Of a stretch of 35,459 nucleotides of DNA, positions 17,538 through 27,215 are shown piece by piece. Both the position numbers and the translations under genes were made by a program. The notes below the pieces were generated by a model. It searched no databases. It had not been told where the DNA came from and saw nothing but the letters and a program-made list of their open reading frames with translations. The stretch's first letter is position 1; each line of letters starts with the position of its first letter. Source of the stretch: Candidatus Parcubacteria bacterium (lineage in GTDB: Bacteria > Patescibacteriota > Minisyncoccia > Phycocordibacterales > UBA918); the NCBI GenBank assembly GCA_041173745.1, contig JBEDID010000003.1:1-35459 (forward strand), read 5' to 3'.

Positions 17538-19550
17538 ATGAACACAAACGAAAATACCCAACCAACTACTAATAGTAGTAACAACAACAATCGACCACAA
17601 CGTAATCGCTTCCCTCGCCGCGCTCCCGCCCACGCAGGAACACCTGGCACAAGCACCGCAAACGCCCACCGTCGACCCTACACACCAAACACTAATCATG
17701 CACCACATCGTCCAGGTGCAGCGCCTGCGGCTCGTCCTGGTGCCAAACCGGCCAAGCGTAACAATCGTAATCGTCGTGGCAATCAACAACGCCGTCGCCC
17801 AAACACAGCCCCAGCCTTAACTCACCGACTTGATATTACTGATGACAAGATGCCGTTCATTCCAGAAATCACTGATGAGGACACAGTTCGAATCATTACC
17901 GTGTCTGGAGTAGAAGAAATTGGTCGGAACATGAACATCATCGAAACTAAAGATGACATCTTTGTGGTTGATGCTGGTTTCCAGTTCGTCTCACCTGAAA
18001 GTAATGCTCCAGGTATCGATTACATTTTACCAAACACTCAATACCTCGAAGAGCGTAAGGATAAAATTCGCGCTTTAATTGTGACTCACGGTCACCTCGA
18101 CCACATCGGTGGAATTCCTTTCATCATGGAACGAATTGGTAATCCTCCAGTATATACTCAATACCTGACTTCACTGATGATTCTGAAGCGTCAAGAAGAA
18201 TTCCCACACATGGAACCAGTTAAAATGAACGTCATCAAAGAAGGTGAGACATTCACAATTGGAAAAACTCGAATCAAAACTTTCCCAGTTACTCACTCGA
18301 TTCCAGACGCTATGGGTGTTTGTATTGAGACAAAGCATGGCGATGTAGTCATTACCGGCGACATCAAGTTGGTACACGAAGGCGGTGAAGTGGTCGTTGA
18401 AGAACGTGCATCATGGGAGAAAGTTGGACTAAACAAAAACCTCGTTCTACTTTGTGACTCTACCAACGCTGACCGTCAAGGTTTCTCTGCCACAGAAGCT
18501 CTAGTATTTAAAACTCTCGAAGAGATTATCCGTAATTCAAGAGGACGACTTATCATCGGAACTTTTGCTTCCCAGTTTGACCGTCTAATTAGTGTTATCA
18601 AGGTTTGTGAAGAACTAGGCAAAAAGGTTGTCATGGAAGGTCGCAGTATTAAAACCAACATCGAAATTGCGATTCAAGCTAAATTGATGGAAGTTAAACA
18701 AAGCACCTTCATTAATGCTGGTGACATGAGTGACTATCCTAACGACCGAATCGTTATTCTTTCTACCGGTGCTCAAGGCGAACAATTTGCCGCGTTGATG
18801 CGGATGGCCACTGACAAGCATAAGTTTCTAACACTGACCGAACAAGACACAATCGTGCTTTCTTCTTCAGTGATTCCTGGTAACGAAATTGCCGTTCAGA
18901 AGCTCAAAGATAATATTTACCGTAAAAATGTAAAGGTTATCAACTACCAAGGTTCTCACGTTCACTCATCTGGACACGGTAACGCTGGTGAATTAGTCTG
19001 GGTCCACAAAGCCGTCAAGCCAACCTTCTTGATTCCTGTCCATGGTCACCATTACCACCTCAAGAGCCACATGTACGCAGCCATTGAAAACGGTTTTCCG
19101 CGCGCCAATATCGCTGTGCCAGACAACGGAACTATCATTGAAATTAAAAATGGTAACGAAATGAAAATTCTGCCAATGAAGATTCCTAATGAATCAGTTA
19201 TGGTTGATGGCTTCACAGTTGGAACTCGACAAGAGGTCGTACTCCGGGATCGTCAGACTCTAGCCGAAGACGGTATGTTCGTTATCATTGCCACTGTTAA
19301 TACCAAAAATGGTAAGCTGCGCAAGTCACCAGATATCATCTCTCGTGGATTTGTCTACCTACGCGAAAACCAACAACTACTATCTGAAGCTCGCGTACTG
19401 ATTAAAAAGACAGTTGAACGACAAACTGAAAACATGAATCCTTTGGATTTGGAAATTGTAAAAGACGAACTAGCCGATGTAATGAGCGGCTTCCTCATGC
19501 AAAAAACCCAAAAGAACCCAATGGTTATCCCGGTGCTAATCGGCATATAA
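17538..19550 (+). CDS. rnj: Ribonuclease J with N-terminal low-complexity extension
   Basis: GVEEIGRNM, THGHLDHIGG, HSIPD, DSTNA, HSSGH and PVHG metallo-beta-lactamase/beta-CASP motifs. Confidence 0.96.
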   Translation: MNTNENTQPTTNSSNNNNRPQRNRFPRRAPAHAGTPGTSTANAHRRPYTPNTNHAPHRPGAAPAARPGAKPAKRNNRNRRGNQQRRRPNTAPALTHRLDITDDKMPFIPEITDEDTVRIITVSGVEEIGRNMNIIETKDDIFVVDAGFQFVSPESNAPGIDYILPNTQYLEERKDKIRALIVTHGHLDHIGGIPFIMERIGNPPVYTQYLTSLMILKRQEEFPHMEPVKMNVIKEGETFTIGKTRIKTFPVTHSIPDAMGVCIETKHGDVVITGDIKLVHEGGEVVVEERASWEKVGLNKNLVLLCDSTNADRQGFSATEALVFKTLEEIIRNSRGRLIIGTFASQFDRLISVIKVCEELGKKVVMEGRSIKTNIEIAIQAKLMEVKQSTFINAGDMSDYPNDRIVILSTGAQGEQFAALMRMATDKHKFLTLTEQDTIVLSSSVIPGNEIAVQKLKDNIYRKNVKVINYQGSHVHSSGHGNAGELVWVHKAVKPTFLIPVHGHHYHLKSHMYAAIENGFPRANIAVPDNGTIIEIKNGNEMKILPMKIPNESVMVDGFTVGTRQEVVLRDRQTLAEDGMFVIIATVNTKNGKLRKSPDIISRGFVYLRENQQLLSEARVLIKKTVERQTENMNPLDLEIVKDELADVMSGFLMQKTQKNPMVIPVLIGI

Positions 19551-19573
19551 GGAGATTAAAGTGACGAAACACG

Positions 19574-19605
19574 AAAACGGCCGGCCCTTTGGGCCGGCCG
19601 TTTTT
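19574..19605 (+). terminator. rnj intrinsic terminator
   Basis: AAAACGGCCGGCCC-TTT-GGGCCGGCCGTTTT. Confidence 0.9.
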
Positions 19606-19678
19606 GCAATACTTAAATTAATCAAATCTGTTAACAGCCTTCATAAATCCAGTTTATAAAGGCTATAATGTAACCACT

Positions 19679-20881
19679 ATGCCCCGCCCCTCACACCACT
19701 CACTTACCCTCCATAAAAAACCTCGCCGCCACCTCTTTCCCATCTACGCTGCTTCCCTACTCCTTATCTTTCACACAGCATTAGTAAATTACATCAACTC
19801 TTCTTTTTTAGAGCAATTTGTCACAACTGCTGCCATCGGAACTATTTATACTATTGGCTCGGCCCTGAGTGTTCTTATTTTTTTGTTTATATCGCGCGTA
19901 CTGCATCGTGTGGGCAATTACCGCCTAATGCTTTACTTGCTCTTACTCGACTTTATGGCCGTCTCAGGGATGGCTTTTGCTGAGACTTTGCGGGTGGCTG
20001 TACCACTGTTTTTATTGAACTTAGTGTCTGTACCTCTGATTATATTCAATTTAGACGTATTCCTCGAAGAGCAAATCGGCACTAATGAAGACAGCACCGG
20101 CAGTCGACGCGGATTATTACTCACACTACTAAGCTTAATCGGTGCCGTTTCTCCGCTCATTGGCACCATGCTTATCAATGAGACAACTGGTAGTTTCACC
20201 TATTCTTACCTTCTGAGTGCTTTCACATTAATTCCAATTATGGCCATTTTGATTTTTTCCTTCCGTGATTTTTCGGATCCAAAGTACAATCAAATCGACC
20301 TTTTCTCTGCCTTGCGTACCTTTTGGAGAAACAGTAATATTCGCAATGTATTTTTAACCAACTTTACCTTACAGATGTTTTTCTTATTGATGGTGGTCTA
20401 CACCCCACTTTATCTGACCCATGAAATCGGCCTATCTTGGACCGACTTTGGAATCATAATGTTCTTTGCTCAATTGGCTTATGTGGTACTTGAGTACCCT
20501 ATCGGCATAATAGCCGACAAGTACATCGGAGAAAAGGAGATGATGGCCTTCGGTTTCTTTATCATGATTATTTCTACCTCTTGGATGTCATTTGTAACCG
20601 TTCCTGATATATTAGTCTGGTCTTTAATTCTTTTCGTCACTCGCACCGGCGCCAGCTTTGTTGAAGTGACTACCGAAAGTTATTTCTTTAAGCAAATTAA
20701 AAGTAGCGATGCTCAGGTCATTAGTTTTTTCCGTCTCACTCGCCCTCTCTCGTACGTAGTCGGAGCCTTAATTGCAAGCTTTGCTTTGCTCTATCTGCCC
20801 TTCAACTTACTATTTACAGTGTTTGCCATTCTGATGGTGCCAGCCCTCTTTTTCACCCTCAATATTGTAGACAGCAAGTAA
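19679..20881 (+). CDS. MFS transporter
   Basis: About 12 TM helices; GIIADKYIGEK loop motif. Confidence 0.85.
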   Translation: MPRPSHHSLTLHKKPRRHLFPIYAASLLLIFHTALVNYINSSFLEQFVTTAAIGTIYTIGSALSVLIFLFISRVLHRVGNYRLMLYLLLLDFMAVSGMAFAETLRVAVPLFLLNLVSVPLIIFNLDVFLEEQIGTNEDSTGSRRGLLLTLLSLIGAVSPLIGTMLINETTGSFTYSYLLSAFTLIPIMAILIFSFRDFSDPKYNQIDLFSALRTFWRNSNIRNVFLTNFTLQMFFLLMVVYTPLYLTHEIGLSWTDFGIIMFFAQLAYVVLEYPIGIIADKYIGEKEMMAFGFFIMIISTSWMSFVTVPDILVWSLILFVTRTGASFVEVTTESYFFKQIKSSDAQVISFFRLTRPLSYVVGALIASFALLYLPFNLLFTVFAILMVPALFFTLNIVDSK

Positions 20882-20927
20882 ACCAAAAAGAGTCCCAATT
20901 CAAAGAATTGGGACTCTTTTTGGTTTA
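20879..20927. terminator. Bidirectional terminator, 23-bp perfect inverted repeat
   Basis: TAAACCAAAAAGAGTCCCAATTC-AAA-GAATTGGGACTCTTTTTGGTTTA between convergent genes. Confidence 0.9.
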
Positions 20928-20957
20928 GTGTTAAGTTACGTTTAGTTTAAAGATTCA

Positions 20958-21185
20958 CTACTCTACCACCTCATAATCTACCTGTTGTTCATGCCTACCC
21001 TTTCGTGACATGACCAGCCAAGCTGCAATGTAAATTAAAATTCCAGGAAAGATTCCAGTCATTATCAAAAAAGTAATCGCTAGTACTCGAAATAAAACAG
21101 GGTCTTTGCCAAAATATTTAGCTAAGCCGGCCAATACACCACCCATAACAGCCTTCTCTTCGTCACGTTCTAGTTTCTTTTTCAT
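20958..21185 (-). CDS. pspC: PspC domain protein
   Basis: KKLER......GGVLAGLAKYFG.DP...R...YIAAWLVM. Confidence 0.88.
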   Translation of the reverse strand: MKKKLERDEEKAVMGGVLAGLAKYFGKDPVLFRVLAITFLIMTGIFPGILIYIAAWLVMSRKGRHEQQVDYEVVE

Positions 21186-21205
21186 GAGCTATAGTGTAAC
21201 AAATA

Positions 21206-21907
21206 TTATCCATTATCTAAATGGTAAATAACGTCTTTACGCTCAATCACAATCTTCCATCCCATGCGTTTGGCATGAGCATACAGAACTTTGTTAGGAT
21301 TGAAGCAAATAGGCTCATTCACTGACCCCAAGAGTGGGATGTCGCCGCCTGTATCACCCACCGCCAAAGAAAGTTCAGTAGTCAAATGTGGATTTTTATC
21401 AAACACTCGTTTGACGATATTGGCTTTATTTTGAATCAAATGCTCGTCTGATATCAAGCCCGTAAAACAATCTTGCGGACCGATTTCATATACCCGGCCA
21501 TATACCTTATCAAACCCATACTGAGGACAAAATTCATCCAGAATAGTTTTGGGTGACTGAGAGATAGCCACCAAAAAGTAGCCGTCTTGTTTTAAGCGTT
21601 TAATCAAATCTCGGGTGTAACGATAGACGTGCTTACTTTGCACAGCTACCACTCTGCGTCCAATATCAGCAAACTGTCCGTAATGGACACCTTTTATATG
21701 TCGCAAAAAAGTTTGCACCACTGCATCGATATATTCTTCATAAGAACCTTCACGTCCACGCCAAGCCAGAAACTCCGAACTATATTCATCAGCCGCATCA
21801 GCCGGAAAAACTCCCTCGGCGACAAACTGCTTCACCAGTTCAATCAGAAGACTGGACCGGAACAGGGTGCCATCAATATCAAAAAATGCGACTGGTTGTT
21901 GTTTCAT
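21206..21907 (-). CDS. HAD-IB family hydrolase (SerB-like)
   Basis: FFDIDGTL motif I, ISQS motif II, K, and GDTGGD motif IV. Confidence 0.88.
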   Translation of the reverse strand: MKQQPVAFFDIDGTLFRSSLLIELVKQFVAEGVFPADAADEYSSEFLAWRGREGSYEEYIDAVVQTFLRHIKGVHYGQFADIGRRVVAVQSKHVYRYTRDLIKRLKQDGYFLVAISQSPKTILDEFCPQYGFDKVYGRVYEIGPQDCFTGLISDEHLIQNKANIVKRVFDKNPHLTTELSLAVGDTGGDIPLLGSVNEPICFNPNKVLYAHAKRMGWKIVIERKDVIYHLDNG

Positions 21908-21982
21908 AATTAGCGGTTACATTAAAATATTTCTAATTTAATGGTCAAGAAGTTACTGTTCTCAAACTAGAAAGTGGCGAAA

Positions 21983-23104
21983 TTAGGTTAATTTTGGCTT
22001 AACGACAATGTCCACCAGTGATCCGATAGTCACCAGTACAGCAGCGATAATTAAAACCAGACCAATTACTGGCAGCATCAGCAATAAAGTAAAGACGAAA
22101 ATGCCAAGCACAAGTGATAGTAAAGTAACTACCGGGGTTGTTTGCTTTTTAGCAGCAATGAGTAACAATGAGCCTGCTACCGCCACTGAACCTACCACAC
22201 CGAGTACAGTGAGCAATAAAAACAATAATAAGGCTACGAAGCCTACCACTGTACCGATGGCACTAAATAAAAGTATAGCGGTTGCAAAAGGAGCGACCGT
22301 AAGCACCACGAACCCGATTATTACTGATCTCAAACTGTGAGAAGTTGCCCTCACCACCATTTTTTGCAAAGTCTTTCGAGACACTAGATACCACGCTAGC
22401 ACTGAAAACAACAGGATTAGACCCATCACAAACAAAGGATTCCAACCGTTTGAACTAGCAGCTAACGGTGGATCACTACGCATTAGGTCGCCACCAACAT
22501 TAGCGTTAAGAGACTGGACGACCACTACACCACTAACATAACGTACTGACCCTTCAATGGCAGCATTATCACCCAGAGTTAATTGATCAGTAGTCACATC
22601 AACGTCACCACCGACTGGAGCATCGATTCGTAATGAACCAGTTCTACCAATGACATCACCACCGACCGAACCTTCAATCGTTGCATCACCCGCAAAAATA
22701 ATTACATCGCCAGCCACTGAAGCGGACGATAGAATGTTGACCGAACCGCCAATTACCAGCAAATCACCCATAACTGGTTCGGCAATAGTCACCTCTCCGG
22801 CCACAATCCGTAAATCATCACCGACAGTGCCGTGAATATCAACTCGACCACCAACCATAAAAGCATTAGCGCCGACTGACCCATTAAGAGTCGTTTGACC
22901 GCCTGCTGTTACAATATCCTCCTTAATTTCTCCGGAGACGTTTATCTTAGAGCCAGCAGCGTAAAAATCACCTTCGACTATCTGATCTTCTGCAATAGAA
23001 ACTGTGTCACCAGAACGAAGCACTGATTTTGCTTCAACCGGCACAACTAATACACCTGAAATTATAGTTGTAAGTAAAAGGATTCCTAAGATTTTTTTTC
23101 GCAT
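21983..23104 (-). CDS. Bactofilin-like beta-helix membrane protein (polymer-forming cytoskeletal family)
   Basis: Signal peptide, repeated (G/V)xGD..GG.V.I units and a C-terminal multi-TM region. Confidence 0.75.
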   Translation of the reverse strand: MRKKILGILLLTTIISGVLVVPVEAKSVLRSGDTVSIAEDQIVEGDFYAAGSKINVSGEIKEDIVTAGGQTTLNGSVGANAFMVGGRVDIHGTVGDDLRIVAGEVTIAEPVMGDLLVIGGSVNILSSASVAGDVIIFAGDATIEGSVGGDVIGRTGSLRIDAPVGGDVDVTTDQLTLGDNAAIEGSVRYVSGVVVVQSLNANVGGDLMRSDPPLAASSNGWNPLFVMGLILLFSVLAWYLVSRKTLQKMVVRATSHSLRSVIIGFVVLTVAPFATAILLFSAIGTVVGFVALLLFLLLTVLGVVGSVAVAGSLLLIAAKKQTTPVVTLLSLVLGIFVFTLLLMLPVIGLVLIIAAVLVTIGSLVDIVVKPKLT

Positions 23105-23440
23105 ATTAATTGATTATTGTACGTCGGCAACGGTGTTTTCTCTAATAACTTATTTTTGCTTTTAATTAAGAATATTTTTTTAGCACTCCAGACATTACTC
23201 AATTTTGTTTTAAAACATTTTATACATTTGTTTTAGTGTCAATTGAATAAATTATTCCTTCTCTGATAGAGTTACAAAAAGAAAAATCAAAGTTTAGCAT
23301 TATACTCTGAACTAATTTTCTATCAGAACAGACTTGTCTTTATCTGGCAACGCGCGAAAACGAGCAAAAACTGGCATATAATATAGCTGTATCTACAGTA
23401 TACGTGGTTTTATAAGGGGCGCAAACTAATTTAGCTCCTT

Positions 23441-23536
23441 TTAACCAGAAATATTAATTAATTCAAACCAAACATAGACCACTACACCGAGAGCAGTAAT
23501 TAGTAACAAGGAACTAATAATCAGAAAAGTTTTCAT
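23441..23536 (-). CDS. Candidate 31-aa single-TM small protein
   Basis: MKTFLIISSLLLITALGVVVYVWFELINISG; its ATG overlaps the upstream stop (ATGA). Confidence 0.45.
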   Translation of the reverse strand: MKTFLIISSLLLITALGVVVYVWFELINISG

Positions 23537-23646
23537 GCTGCTATATAAACGACGTCTGTTTGTAGAAAAGTAATGATGGTTAATGCGAGTATAACGAGAA
23601 ACAATAGTCCACAAAACAATATTAACCGTGGTCGAGACAACTCCAT
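23533..23646 (-). CDS. Candidate 37-aa single-TM small protein
   Basis: MELSRPRLILFCGLLFLVILALTIITFLQTDVVYIAA. Confidence 0.4.
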   Translation of the reverse strand: MELSRPRLILFCGLLFLVILALTIITFLQTDVVYIAA

Positions 23647-23790
23647 TTTGCCCGTATTCCAATCACGAACATATAAAAACGAAAAAGTGAATCTAAAAAA
23701 ACTCATATAAAATAGGACTGAAAACAACTACCGTATAAATGCTACAAAAAAAGTACAGCTCTTGTTTTTGTTTACTTATCATCATAATTA

Positions 23791-24987
23791 TTATAACGCT
23801 TTATCGAGCGTAACAGAAACAGTTTTTTCCTCGCCCGTTTGGATAATTTTTAAGACGATTACTTGCCCGACGGTTTTTTCTCGTAGAATTGTAGCTAAAT
23901 CTTTAGTTCTCAATTCTTCACCATCGATACTTAAAATAATGTCACTTTCTTTGATTCCCACTTTATCGGCTGGTGAGCCGGGCATAACAGCCAATTCTTC
24001 CGGAGTCTGCCCCTTCACAACCAAGGCTCCATAATCAACCGACAGTTTATTAAGTTCAGTCAATCGCGCATTAATCATTGCGTATCGCACCCCTAAAAAC
24101 GGTCTAACAATTTCACCATACTGTTTTACTGAATCAACCACTCCTTTAACAACATTGGCTGGCAAAGCAAAACCAATACTATCAGCGCCACGCGAGGTAG
24201 CGACATTAACTCCAATCACTTCCCCTTTAGTGTTTAGGAGTGGACCGCCAGAATTACCGGGATTAATAGCCGCATCAGTTTGAATCACTTGGTCTAATTG
24301 TTCACTATTACCACGTCCGTCGCTAGCCACAATTGAACGCGCTAAACCAGACACAACACCAACTGAAACTGAATTACGAAACTCGGCCAAAGCGTTTCCA
24401 ATAGCAATTACTGGTTGTCCGAGTTTAAGTTTTTCAGAATCACCAAAAGTGGCAAAAGTTAAAGCCCCTTTCAATGGTTCGCTGATTTTTAGAATAGCAA
24501 TGTCGAGCTGAGGATCGCGAGCCAATACATCGACTTTGTAGGCAGTACCATCATTAAGTAGAATTGAGTAGCGTGCTTCTTTGTCTTCAACTACATGGCG
24601 ATTTGTTACAATCAAACCATCATTACTCACAATAAAACCAGAACCGCCACCGACTTCGCGCTCTTCTGTTCCGTTCTCACGCACCCGAGGCACACTAAAA
24701 CCGCCAAAAAATCCCCACGGGTCAAACGTTTCATTATACTGTTCATACACTGGCACATCCTTTGTTATCACGACCGAAACTACCGCCGGATTCACAGCCG
24801 CAATAGAATCAACGATTTGGGTAGTTTGTTGTTCAACCAGTAGAGAGTTGGTTTCAGAACTAGCGGCTGGTTGAATTGCTAAATAAGTCACTAAGCTATT
24901 GCGTGCCACATATCCAATTCCAACCAAAACTACTAAAGTAATTAAACTACTAAGTAACGCTGTTTTTGCAACTGTCCCTGGTTTCAT
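23791..24987 (-). CDS. htrA: HtrA/DegP-like serine protease with one PDZ domain
   Basis: GSGFIV, TNRHVV, DIAILK, QTDAAINPGNSGGPL, and PDZ motifs PFLGV and GSPADK. Confidence 0.93.
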   Translation of the reverse strand: MKPGTVAKTALLSSLITLVVLVGIGYVARNSLVTYLAIQPAASSETNSLLVEQQTTQIVDSIAAVNPAVVSVVITKDVPVYEQYNETFDPWGFFGGFSVPRVRENGTEEREVGGGSGFIVSNDGLIVTNRHVVEDKEARYSILLNDGTAYKVDVLARDPQLDIAILKISEPLKGALTFATFGDSEKLKLGQPVIAIGNALAEFRNSVSVGVVSGLARSIVASDGRGNSEQLDQVIQTDAAINPGNSGGPLLNTKGEVIGVNVATSRGADSIGFALPANVVKGVVDSVKQYGEIVRPFLGVRYAMINARLTELNKLSVDYGALVVKGQTPEELAVMPGSPADKVGIKESDIILSIDGEELRTKDLATILREKTVGQVIVLKIIQTGEEKTVSVTLDKAL

Positions 24988-25004
24988 ATGTAGTGTATTA
25001 CGAA

Positions 25005-25114
25005 ATAATTACTCAGTCTCTTTCACAAACAACTCCTTCCCACGATTCCACATTTCGGGATAGCCTTGTAGCTGCAACCAATACCACCATTCAGCTCCCC
25101 AGAGATATTGGGTA
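25005..25114 (-). repeat. Orphan duplicate of the 3' end of the glycosidase gene (partner at 27749-27858)
   Basis: 110-bp direct repeat with 7 mismatches; encodes TQYLWGAEWWYWLQLQGYPEMWNRGKELFVKETE* without a start codon. Confidence 0.95.
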
Positions 25115-25191
25115 AGTTGATTTTACGATTAAGTTAAACCTACCCTGTAAATCAAATAAACCCTTTTTATATATTTATACACACATCTTTC

Positions 25192-27198
25192 CTACCAGTC
25201 TTCTTCTTGCAACAGTTTCATCCTTTGCAAAATAATCACCACTTCTTTTAAAATCCTAATAATTTCGGTTTGTTTGTATCTATTGTCACCATTAACCTGT
25301 TCAGAGTTAGTCTTCCCGCCTTCGGCAGATTGGAGAGAAGTGGCTATGGTTGGGTCGTTGTGTTTTATTTGGGCGGCTCGGCTGGTGCTAGTGGTAGTAT
25401 TTCGACTCGACAAAACAGTTAGACTTATCTCGTGGATAACAGGTGTAACAGTCGGATTGGTAGTAGTTAAAATAGCGCGCCACTGGAAAGAACGGGCTCG
25501 AGCATCTTCAGGAAAAGAACTGTTGTTGTCGATGTCGTGCCAGGTATTACCGTGATTAGTAGTATAAGAGAAAGCGACGGTGGTACCAGCAGGGGTAGTA
25601 ACATTAGCCGCGAAGGTAATGAGATCCTGGTCTTTAGTGAAGGCTTGTTCAGAGCTGGTATATGTACCAACACTCTCATAGCCGTTGGAGTAGGTGACGG
25701 AGTTGACGGTAGGAGTAGTGTTGGTGTCGGCGGTGGTGAGATTGAGCTGGTACTGCATCCAATCGTTTCCGATGAGGGCAGTAGGGTCTATAGGACATGA
25801 AGTGGGGTCGGTACAAGGAGTAGACCAACTGCTCCAGGCGGAGTCAGGGAGTTCGATTTGGATGTAGTCGATTTCGAGGGAGTCAGTGGAGTTGTTCCAG
25901 CTGCCAGGGTTCCACCAGATATCAAAACCAATCTTAGAAAAAGGAATGCTAGCGGTGGTAAAAGAGGTAGTAGTCCATTCGTTGGGGATGATATCAGGAC
26001 AACCATCGTCATCCCACCAATCTTCGTCAAAGACACATGCCCAGAGTTCAGTAGCATTAGTGTTCACTCTGAAACGGGCAGTAACTTCGGTACCGATGGG
26101 AAAATATCCGTCTGGTTTGCCAGTGTCAATCCAAGTAGAGTTGTCGTCTGCATTGGGATTAGTTAGCTTCATAGTACCACCACTTTCTTCTGCCGTCTGG
26201 AAGAAGCCTCCCCAGCCATAAAAGTCACCAGCGTATTCGGAGACACTGTTGTCATCGAAGTCATCTATCCAAGCAGCCTCGCTATCCCCTAGTCGATATG
26301 AGAGTGCGGTGGATTGTCCTGCGGTTTGAGTTGCGTCAAATGCGAACGTAGTGGTAGGAGCGGAAGTTATAGATTGTAGTCTGCTGGTGTATATTCCTTG
26401 TGGATTATATTGATTGTCGAGGTTGATGACGGTCAGGCCACCCCTTGTACTCACATACAAAAGGTTGTTGGCTAGGAAAGAGTGCAATACATAATTATTC
26501 CCCAACGCCGGTGTGGTGGCGGTGGTATATGTCTGCACCAAGGTATCGTCAGCCGGGTCGACGGTGCCTTGGGTGTTGATGACGGTCAGGCCACCCACTG
26601 TACTCACATACAAAAGGTTGTTGGCCAGGAAAGAGTGCAATACATAATTATTCCCCAACGCCGGTGTGGTGGCGGTGGTATATGTCTGCACCAAGGTATC
26701 GTCAGCCGGGTCGACGGTGCCTTGGGTGTTGATGACGGTCAGGCCACCACCCCATGTACTCACATACAAAAGGTTGTTGGCTAGGAAAGAGTGCAATACA
26801 TAATTATTCCCCAACGCCGGTGTGGTGGCGGTGGTATACCGATATTCTTGGCCAAGCGCCACTTCCCCGCCGTTCTTATCGACTATTCCTGTAATCGACA
26901 ACTCATCCAGAGGTTTCGTTCCACCTTTCTCAAATTCCTCCTTCGTCGACTCAGTATACGCTCCGGCTTTATTTGCCAGTGTCACATCACCCGGGAACTG
27001 TGTCGCGGAGGTACGGGAGTTAGTACCGGAAGCAAAGTTTGAAGCAGTATCCCAACTATAGGTCTGGGCGGCGTGACTGGTATTAGGGAGAGTAAGTTGG
27101 TAGCTGCTAACTCCAATAACAGCAGTCAAGAGAAGTCCGGCCAGGAATTGGTAGCGAAGTTTCTTAGTGACAGTCTTCGGAACATAAGAGAAATACAT
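25192..27198 (-). CDS. Large exported Thr-rich protein with three LVIVD-like beta-propeller-blade repeats
   Basis: N-terminal signal/TM (..SHA-A); repeats LYVST(W/V/R)GGLTVIN; probable start ATG 27198 (the track start 27243 overlaps the upstream gene). Confidence 0.75.
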   Translation of the reverse strand: MYFSYVPKTVTKKLRYQFLAGLLLTAVIGVSSYQLTLPNTSHAAQTYSWDTASNFASGTNSRTSATQFPGDVTLANKAGAYTESTKEEFEKGGTKPLDELSITGIVDKNGGEVALGQEYRYTTATTPALGNNYVLHSFLANNLLYVSTWGGGLTVINTQGTVDPADDTLVQTYTTATTPALGNNYVLHSFLANNLLYVSTVGGLTVINTQGTVDPADDTLVQTYTTATTPALGNNYVLHSFLANNLLYVSTRGGLTVINLDNQYNPQGIYTSRLQSITSAPTTTFAFDATQTAGQSTALSYRLGDSEAAWIDDFDDNSVSEYAGDFYGWGGFFQTAEESGGTMKLTNPNADDNSTWIDTGKPDGYFPIGTEVTARFRVNTNATELWACVFDEDWWDDDGCPDIIPNEWTTTSFTTASIPFSKIGFDIWWNPGSWNNSTDSLEIDYIQIELPDSAWSSWSTPCTDPTSCPIDPTALIGNDWMQYQLNLTTADTNTTPTVNSVTYSNGYESVGTYTSSEQAFTKDQDLITFAANVTTPAGTTVAFSYTTNHGNTWHDIDNNSSFPEDARARSFQWRAILTTTNPTVTPVIHEISLTVLSSRNTTTSTSRAAQIKHNDPTIATSLQSAEGGKTNSEQVNGDNRYKQTEIIRILKEVVIILQRMKLLQEEDW
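26422..26838. repeat. About 2.7 near-identical 153-bp coding repeats
   Basis: Units start at 26422, 26575 and 26728; identical except for one variable codon site and one synonymous change. Confidence 0.95.
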
Positions 27199-27215
27199 AT
27201 TGTTTTTTAATAATA

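Noticed and set aside
17190-17789. 199-aa minus-strand ORF and the many other short ORFs nested in or antisense to called genes
   Set aside because: Shadow frames of well-supported genes, without motifs or start signals
20879-20927. 23-bp perfect palindrome as a MITE or mobile element
   Set aside because: Fully explained as a bidirectional terminator between convergent genes; no target duplication or second copy
23180-23206. CIRCE operator (TTAGCACTC)
   Set aside because: Only the left half is present, there is no GAGTGCTAA 9 nt later, and it is not upstream of a chaperone gene
25110-25145. dif/XerD-like site (TTAAGTTAAAC) within an imperfect inverted repeat at the island boundary
   Set aside because: No recognisable XerC arm at 6-bp spacing and no partner at the other boundary; too weak in AT-rich DNA
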